A stretch of 64,000 nucleotides of DNA from Azolla caroliniana (Eukaryota > Plantae > Polypodiophyta), in NCBI GenBank assembly GCA_043228905.1, contig JBHGNT010000016.1, forward strand, positions 12,214,001-12,278,000, in the 5' to 3' direction. Position 1 is the first letter of the stretch, and each line of letters begins with the position of its first letter. Under the pieces are notes generated by a model. That model made no database searches. It was given only the letters and a program-made list of their open reading frames with translations, and was not told the DNA's origin. The translations under genes were made by a program, and so were the position numbers. Shown here in pieces: positions 47,525 to 56,400 of this stretch.

Positions 47525-50500
47525 TATGGACAAAGGAATGGGAAGCTCGCTACCGACTAAGAAGCTCGACAGGAGCAACTATGCATCTTGGTCTTACAAG
47601 ATGCACCAGTACCTGCTCGGTCACAGTTACTAGAGTTATGTCACTGGAGCTAATGACGGAGCACCCGAATCGACAAACAAAGATTTCACGGCCTGGGAAC
47701 AGTCGGCAAGCAGAGTTTTCTACTGGTTTGCATCTTATGTGAGTGATCAACTTCTAAGCTACATTTGGGATGCGAAGATGCCAAAGGATGCTTAGGGAAC
47801 TCTGAAAAAGATTTTCGCCGCGAGCACCACAGCTAGAAAGGTCCAACTCAGGCAAGAGTTGAACAATGTTCAACAACGAGATATGTCAATGGCCGACTAC
47901 ACCTCCAAGATCGAGGACATCTGCGACTCTCTCGCCTCTGTTGATGTAAACATAGAGGACCAAATGGTGCAGGTGTGCCTCGGAGGGTTAGCGTCGAAGT
48001 TCGGAGCTTTCCGGACTGCGGATTGTATGAGGGAGAATATGTCGTCGTATTTCGACTTACAATCGATGCTCCTAGTAGAGGAGAATCACGTGGGTGCGGC
48101 AACGAGTATGCATGCCGACATCAAGATGTTGTACACGGAGGAAGATAGGCCCCGTGGTCGTGGCAGACGAGGTGGGTCAGCGCATAATGGAGGCGGCTGA
48201 CAGGAGCAAGATGGAAGGCATGGTCGTAATGCTAACAGTAGTTCTGGACCCTTCAGAAGTAGGGGGAGTCAAGGTAGTGCCGGAAACCGGCAAGGGAAAC
48301 CCGCAGTGGAATGTTGGTACTGTGGCAAGAACGGCCACAGGGAGAGAGAATGTTGGAAGAAACCTGTCGATTCAGAGAAAACCGTATCTGGATCCAGACG
48401 GACCGAACAAGGAAATCGGCAGAAATCCCACTACACAGAGGGATCTAAACGAGCCGAAAATGGATCGGGCCCAGTCTTCGTAATTAACCACAAGGCCAAT
48501 TTGATGGCGGTGAACACCTTGAAACCGAACGAGGTGTGGTATGTTGACTCCGGAGCGTCAAATCATATGATGAGTCATGAGGAATGGTTCTCCTACTTGG
48601 AGAAATCGGAAAAACGAGTGGTCGAAACTGGAGACGACACTCTGCATATAATCGAACATGTCAAAGAAGTTCCCCTCAGCCACGTTGAGTATAAAGGGAA
48701 AGTCATGAACGTGTTGAGAAATCGTTGTGGAATATAAATCACAATGAACAGACATTACACTAAAATACAAATTACAAAAGTATGCCAGAAAGACAAGATA
48801 AACAGATGTACACAGAGATTTACGTTGAGACCCTAAAACGGGGAAAACCACGGGAACATATTCTTCACTATACAAACAGTGGATATACAATAGCGAGAAG
48901 ATGACAACACTCTGTCAAGTGCATCAGCCGCACAGGGCTCTCCGCGTCTGGTGTTACACACACAGCTATGGCGCGACTGTTCCCTCTTCTCTCTCACTCT
49001 CTCTACACACTACAACTACTATTTCTACTCTGTTCGTCACAATTTTGCACACAACATAAAGTTAGCCCTAGTTGTATATATACTTACACAACTTTCTGGC
49101 TATTTACATACGTAGCCCTCATCGGGCGCACACTTAGACTATTTACAATTATAGTCTCCCGAGTTGGCTATTTACACGATTTCAGTTTTGGCCTCGGCGG
49201 AGTCCCTCATCAACTCGGCTCCTTTCTCTCCCCGTTCGGAGAGACTTGTTTCCTAACATCATCATTATGATTACTATAATAATAATAGTCGAATTCTCAA
49301 ACAGTCGACTCACTGTTTTCAACTCTTCGACTGTCAGCTTTCCGAACAGTCGGATCATCCTTGTCATCGACTGTCGGCTTTGCGATCAGTCGGTTCTTCC
49401 TCGCACTGGAGGAACACATTCCCAACAGAACGTGCTACACCTCCCGACAATAACCAAGAACCTGGTGTCGGTCGGATAGATCGTCGACCAAGGGATGCAA
49501 GTTCGATTCACACATCTTGGTTGCTACATCGAAGAGGAAGACAAGATAATCGTGCAAGAGCGCCGTAAAGGGAGGATGTTTATCCTCCTGACCAATGACG
49601 TAGGCACCGCTATGTTCGTGAAAGGTTCCGAATCGGATATCGACCTGTGGCACAAGCGGTTTAGCTTTGAGAAAAGCAGATGAAAAACATCGTTTTCAGC
49701 TTGCTTAAATTCAGTGGGCGAAAGGGCCAAGTTTGCCAAGCCTGCTAGTTGGGAAAGCATCACCGACTTCCATTCCCCAATGAGTGTAACCAGAGTCGAA
49801 ATCTACTCGATGTGATCCATTCAGATGTATGAGGACCATCACAAAACGTGAGTCTCCATGGAAGCCGATATTTCGTGACTTTCATCGATGACTTCTGTCG
49901 GGACACTTGGGCGTGCTTGATCGCGAAAAAGAGCGAAGTCTTCGCGTGTTTCCTAAAGGTAAAGAGCCTTGCAGAAATGGAAATTGGACGAAAGATCAAG
50001 TGCCTAAGGTCCGATGGTGGGGAGGAGTACTTCTCCAACCAGTTCTTGAATTATCTACAGGACGAACAAATCCAGTGCTAATTCTTCTATAGATACACGC
50101 CGCAACAAAACGGCATGGCCGAGCGGAAAAATCCGACGATCAAAGAGGCGTCTAGGGCTAAGCTCGAAGAGAAGCATATGCCAAAATTTTATTGGGTTGA
50201 AGCCGTAAGGACAGCTGTTTACCTATAGAATTGGACATCTGCTAATGGAGGAGTGTCGCCATATGAATTATACTCCAAGAAGAAGCCAATCTTGGCACAA
50301 TTGAGGGTTTTCAGTAGCATCACATATGTGCATGTGCCGAAGGAGAAATAGAGGAATCTAGACGCCAAAGTTGAAAAGTGTATCTTGCTTGGCTACTAGG
50401 ATGAAAAGAAGGGTTATAAGTGTTATAATCCCCGAGCAAAACAAGCTCGCATAAGTCGTGATGTTGTGTTCGACGAGTCCGCGTCGTGGTACTTGCCTTC

Positions 50501-50766
50501 GCCTCCAACCAATAACGACAACATTCCGATCATTGACGAAGAGGTTTGCAAGCCTGAAATGACTCGGGACAAAGGAGAGATCAAAGCTCCTGAAGAGAGT
50601 CTTATCTCATTCAGGCGGAGTGGGCCGAATGAGCGACTAAATTAGCATGACCATTCAGATGTAGAGCCGGCGAGTGGTCGTGACTCGGCTGTGCATTCCC
50701 CGCGCAAGAAGCTGAAGAGACAGCTTACACCCGAAGATAAGGGAAAGAAGAAGGCAAAGCGAATCC
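47525..50766 (+). pseudogene. Copia G gag-PR-INT remnant (interrupted by a solo LTR)
   Basis: ORF pieces 47859-48200, 48306-48737, 49495-49683 and 49848-50081. Confidence 0.88.
48712..49427 (-). mobile_element. Solo LTR, distantly similar to the Copia B LTR
   Basis: TGTTGAGAA...TTCCCAACA with exact TSD GAACG; interrupts MN|VLHLPTITKNL of G. Strand inferred from the similarity to B. Confidence 0.88.
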
Positions 50767-51168
50767 GAGTTTCAATGTAGTCCATGTGGTAGTTGCATTT
50801 AGCTCAAACATGCCTGTAAATTGAAACAAATAGCACTCATTGACGCGAAAATGTACACGTTGATTTTCTTGGCTATATTGTATTTTTATACTTAGTCTAT
50901 GTAGCATCTTTTCTTGCCCAAACCCGGACTTGAACCGAAGACCTCTAGTGTGTTAGACTAACGTGATAACCAACTACACCATTTGGACATCCTGAGAATA
51001 ACTAGTTTGGATTGATGAATAAAAGACTAATCTCAATGGAAATTCCAGATGTTAATTCGAAAAGAATAAGTTAAAACATTATTGTTGTTATATCGACATG
51101 ATCATGTGTTCAAACTGGAACTCAAATCAGAGACCTCTAGTGTGTGAGATGAGCGTGATGACATAACG
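50767..51168 (-). repeat. tRNA-Val array segment 4
   Basis: AAC module 50915-50988 and partial CAC module 51108-51159 with standard spacers. Confidence 0.9.
50915..50988 (-). tRNA. trnV-AAC: tRNA-Val(AAC), well-preserved copy (probable pseudogene)
   Basis: Minus strand reads GTCCAAATGGTGTAGTTGGTTATCACGTTAGTCTAACACACTAGAGGTCTTCGGTTCAAGTCCGGGTTTGGGCA; stems can pair with G-U wobbles. Confidence 0.7.
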
Positions 51169-51192
51169 TGTTTTTTCTTCCATTGTGTGCAG

Positions 51193-51693
51193 GGAAATTG
51201 GAGGTATTATTTAAACAAAACATATATTCAAAATTGGGAGTATCATACATTGAACGATAAGGAAGTAGTTGATGGAGAAACAGAAAAGAATGCTGACTTG
51301 ACATATCAATGACGTGGAGATACTCTGAGTGACGTCTTAAATGTTGGGGATAATTTCGCTGTAAATGTAGAAGAAGGCAATTCAGAGGGTGCCGATTTCT
51401 ATATATTGAAGTGCCGGGTTAGTAAACAATGTGCAATGTAGAATATATTAGATGCTTGGAGAAATGTTGTATCTACCGGGACATTCTACATTGAAGGTAT
51501 TTTTTATGCAAGACTAGATGATTACGATTATGTGTATAGGCTATTAGAAGACAAACCAATGGCGTACATGTACTCTCATTTGGTCAAGTGCATGAATGTC
51601 CTAATGTCGCAAGACAATAGGTGCTCAGGTTTATACACAATTAGTGCTAATGTGTATGAATGTATTTACAACAGTATGCCATGGAATTTGTAG
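51193..51693 (+). pseudogene. C-terminal exon of a second Sola2-like transposase
   Basis: Manual translation LNVGDNFAV..DFYILKC..DAWRN..EGIFYARL..YRLLEDKP aligns with LEVGDHFAV..DYYIVVC..DGWGN..YGNYYAKL..YALLKDAP of ORF 3854-4504; two in-frame stops, so it is absent from the ORF track. Confidence 0.7.
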
Positions 51694-52048
51694 CTACAAG
51701 TAGCAATTACCAGTTTTCTTGTAAAACAAACAAAACACATGTATTGCAAATAAATAGTTTAATGGACCTGTTTGGGAGTTTTTTTTTTGATATACAATCT
51801 ACTTTTTGTGCTTTTTTCCCAACAAAATCGTGTGTAATTTTTATATTCAGTCTTCTTTTTTATATACAATTTAATAATATCGTTTAGGGTTCTTCTTTCT
51901 AAAATACAGATTTACTCAAGTGAACCATGTACAAGTTAAAATAGTTTGCATAATTTTAAGAAAAAACACTAGCATGAAATTAGCAATCCTAAACATACTC
52001 TTAAAATTACACAGTAGATAAGTTGCTCAAAACAAGCAATTTAATTCT

Positions 52049-53045
52049 TCATTGATTAAGTGGTAGCAAAGTACATATTTTTAACATCCCATTGCCAATG
52101 TCTTGAAATCGCCTATAAACAGCTAAGCTCTTGCTGGTAAGTGGAACTTCTCTACATATATGATCAGCATACCGAGCTCGGTATGGAGTCCACAACCATG
52201 TAGCTAGTTGGCAACTCAATGTTTTCACCAAATAGTGTTCAGGCATTTCATCGGGTAGAATGAGACAGCATTTGCGAATGTTGAAGTAATGTCGGAAATG
52301 TTATGTATCCACAATCAACGTATTGTCGGCATTATAATCTGGCCAAGTGTCCCAAAAATCAGAAAGTCTTTTGAATATTGCAACATCATTCTGCTCATAA
52401 TTCTCTCGTGTCCATTGACCCTTGAAATGTTGTCGCCACTTCAGGAAGAATCTTTCTACACACTTCCACACATATGTACGTGGTTTTTCGCTCCAAATAA
52501 ACAAATCAAAGTATTGCACAACCCACTCAAAGAATTGATTTGCGTCCCTCCTTGGTGTCATATATCGCACACTCATCAAGACTTTATCAAGCTCCAAGAT
52601 CAAGGCTCTTCTTTCGACTTCTAATGGTTTAGGTTTCCATTCCTGTAACTGACCCTCTGTTACACCAATTATTGGTAGCATATGATCAATTTCAATCAAC
52701 TCAGCTTCTATCGGCACAATTGGTGTCCTTTTCCTCTTCAAACCCTTGGTCGATTGTGTTGGGCCTGGCTTCACATTCTAGTGCTCTTGTGTTGTTGACT
52801 TAGTCATTGGCTTGGTGCATGCAGATATTGATCTGGTCGATATCAACCCATTGGTATCACATATTGCATCTACCTGCAAAATTAGATCATCTATGCAACA
52901 TGCTTGATCAACTTGCATGACCAGATCATTTGTGTTAGTTGCTACATCTACTTTCAAGATGTGGCCCTCTAAACACGCAGCAACATCAACAGTTTCCACA
53001 CTGCCATCGGCCTTAGGAGCAATAGATTCAAACCCTTTAGACTTT
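52049..53045 (-). pseudogene. FCP1/NIF (HAD) phosphatase-like domain gene remnant
   Basis: In-frame ORFs 52778-53062, 52301-52774 and 52049-52246: LILELDKVL, FFEWVVQYFDLFIWS, KRLSDFWDTWPDYNADNTLIVD resemble FCP1-homology motifs. Confidence 0.6.
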
Positions 53046-53062
53046 GCAAGCATAGAAAACAC

Positions 53063-53432
53063 TGTTGGCCGGTCAGAAAAGGCAAATGGGAAAGCAAGGT
53101 CGGATCGGATAAATATAGAAATAGGAATAGAATTATTAGGAGGGACAGATCCGGTAGTTGTAACCGATCCGGATCCGAACCGATTCGGTTTCGGTTAACG
53201 GTTGCCTACGGAGCACCGATTGTAATCTGGCCGGATGCCTATAAAAGGATCCGATGTTTTGTAATGAAGGGCGAAGAATTAATATAGTTTTGCTTATGCT
53301 GATTAATCTTGTCTTCGTCTGTGCTTAAGTGTAATTATCATACGCGTGTATTAACATCCTATCCCTACAACCCCTTTGGAGAAGTGTCGGATAGACACCT
53401 GTGTTGAGGCTAGTCCAGCCATACATACAACA
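53063..53432 (+). repeat. 5' LTR of F
   Basis: TGTTG...CAACA. Confidence 0.96.
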
Positions 53433-53484
53433 CTATTTTGGCGACCACGATTCCTGCAGAGTGCAGAGGACAACCGGGGGATGG

Positions 53485-56400
53485 ATGTCTAGACAAAATA
53501 ACGACCACATCACCGAAAGAGGGAGACGCCACGCCGAACGGCAGCGACGACGGGAAGCCCTGCAGCAAGCCGTCGACGAGATCCGGCGCGATCGGTCATT
53601 CTCAAAAACGCTTCGGCAAATCGCAGAAGACGCACTGCAGTTCCAGGTTCTACAAGCTTCCGACGAAGGCAGTAGCGTAACCAGCCTCCAAGAAGCGGAG
53701 ACACTACTACAGACTCTCGCTGGCGGCGACGGGGACACAGCGGCATTTGCAACATTAGAGGCGGATTCGGATAGCGGGGAAAGCGTGGGATCCCGCTATA
53801 AAAGCAGCCACGAGAATAACCCCTTTGAGTCGGATCACTCAGCAACATCGGAGCCAGAGAAGGAAATAACTCTGGAGTTCGGTGACCGGCAATCGCCGAG
53901 GAGGGAGGAGCGGTTATCAACACCACCCGCGGAGGAACCGCAGGAGCGGAGACCAACATCGGAGGAACCAGCGCAGGAGAATCAGTGGGACGACACGATG
54001 CCGTATCCGTACCCAAAGTATCGGGATGAGCCCGACGGAGAGGCACATGTGTATGCATTCCTGCGAACATGGGAAGCCAACCACGTGTCCCAGAGACTGA
54101 CGGAGGCCGAGGCCGACCGATCCAAAGTCGCCGAATTCGGCATGACATTAGAAGGACCGGCGGCCCGGTGGCACGACAAGCACTTACCAGGCAGCTTCGC
54201 CACGTTCGAGGCATTGAAAACCCAGTTTTTACGCTTGTTTCATAGACGAGTGGAACAAAGGGAATTGGTCGGACAATTCTACACCACCCGGCAGGGAGAA
54301 AATGAGACGGTCCCACAATTTATCATTCGTTTCCAGACCTTGCACAGTCAATTAGCAAGAGCACCACCCGAAGAGGAGGCCAAGGCAGTCTTTTTGGCTG
54401 CGTTAAAAGACCCACTTCGAGCGATGTGTGGAGTCATCGATTTCAGCACCAGCACAATGGACCAAGTCATTGATCGGGTCCTGGAAATGGACAACACGAG
54501 CCCCTTCTTGCCAATGGGGGCGTTACACCAGGCGCTTCCGAAGGAGGAGGACCTCCGGTTCCGACAAGCCCTACAATGCACAACATGCCTAAATTCGGGG
54601 CACTCGACCGTCGACTGCACCCTGCGTGCACAGTGCATGATATGCAATTCTCGCGCCCACACAACGAGCCAATGCGAGTATAACCTGTTAACTCGACAAG
54701 CGGCACCGGTCCGACACATAGAACCGCGCAATCGGGACCCGGAAGAGGATCGATTCCGGAGGGACGACCGCTACCGACGAGAACGCGGCGACAGATACCC
54801 CGATAGAAGACGCGACAGCTATGACCGAGAGGAGAACCGAAGGGATAGCTACCCCCGGGACCGGTACGACCGAGAGGAGAACCGAAGGGATAGCTACCCC
54901 CGGGACCGGTACGACCGAGACGAATCCCCGGAATACGAGCGACGCAGAGAAGAAAGGCGGCCAGGGAACCGGAATTTCCGACGGAACCAAAGGCGTGGAT
55001 TCTTCCGCAGAGAGGAGCATCGGGAGGCAACACGGAATGACAAACCAGTAGCGGCACCGGAGAACCGAAAAACCGAGGACAACCGCTGGGGAATGCCCCT
55101 CCCCCAAACATGGGAAAAAGGAGAATCCAGCAACATGAACAGGGTGTACTGTTATTACTGCCGAAAAGAAGGGCATTACAGTAATCAATGCCCAAGCAAA
55201 ACAGCCGACAAGCAGCCAGCAGTCAACATGGTGACAACCGAAGTACAGCAGGTTACCACGCGGTCGAAGGGGAAAGCCGCCGAATGGGAAGCCCAGGAAG
55301 CAATCAGAAAACAAGCGGCACAATGGATCAAAGAAGCCAACGAACAAGGTGCGGCGGAAGTAAGAAACCAAAATATGCCAAGGGAGGAAGAAATCGTACA
55401 GCCAGGAGAAAACCCGACATGGCAAGCACTACAAGATTGTCAGATCGTGCTGCCGTTGGCACGGTTACTGCAGTTGGTGCCGCGGTTCACAACAGACTTA
55501 CAAGCCGCCGTGAGCAAACCGACGCCGACACCAGCACCGGCCTTTTTCTCCAACCCGGAGGAAGGCCCAGCGGTGGTTGATACCAGTAGCCCAGCAATCA
55601 CGACAATCGTCAAAGGAAAGGAGATTCCAGGAACAATTATTGACGGAGGCTCCGGGGTGAACGTCATTAGTCGACAGACATGCGACGACCTAGGCATCCA
55701 GGAGTGGGAACCATGCCCCTTCTGGTTACGCATGGCGGATACAAGCTCAGTCCGACCAACTGGTCTTATCCGGGACTTGGAAGTAACAATAGGAGGCCAC
55801 GTATTCCGAATATCGGCCGTGGTACTAGAGCTGAATGTACAAGGCGCATATCCCCTACTGTTAGGACGACCATGGCTGCGAACGGCGCATATCAAGCAAA
55901 ACTGGCAAAAGAATATGATCACGTTCCGACGAGGGAAAACAAAGGTGCGGGTAGCCACGCAACCACGGGTGCTCACTAGCAAGGAGGCAACCCCTTTATA
56001 TGCCGAAAGCATCAACATGTTGGAGGGCTTACCGGATGAGGAAGTTGATCGGTACCTCGAGGAACACCCACAGATCGTCCCACTTTTTGAGGTGGATATC
56101 ACGGCAGCAGTAGAGCCGTACATCACAATGCCGGATGAGCCGGACAAAGTGGCGATCCGGGAACTACGCCAAGCACAGGAAGCCCTAGAAAGAGAAATGA
56201 CGATATCCCAAAGAGTGAAAGCATCCCAGCTGGAAGAGGTGGACCTCGGCACAACAGAACAACCCCGACCGGTAAAAGTCGCGAAGGAATTGCCGAAGGA
56301 GGAAAAACAGGCAATGGTAGCACTGTTAACGGATTTCAAGGACGTGTTCGCATGGTCATACGAAGACATGCGAGGGTTGGATCCCCAACTCTACCAGCAC

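Larger units (their letters stand above)
47060..50766 (+). mobile_element. 3'-truncated Ty1/Copia element G (related to C)
   Basis: 5' LTR 47060-47421; PBS TGGTATTAGAGC at 47422; gag (CWYCGKNGH), WYVDSGASNHM, YFVTFIDD integrase. RT, RNase H and 3' LTR absent; the array resumes in register at GAGTTT. Confidence 0.9.

Noticed and set aside
2631-51168. Both Sola2-like remnants seemed to start at the same tRNA position (after GTGAT), suggesting Dada-like tRNA targeting
   Set aside because: At 51160 the next bases (GACATAACG) are array spacer, so this is a deletion junction. Both junctions abut truncated internal transposon sequence, the elements are in opposite orientations, and there are no TIRs or TSDs.
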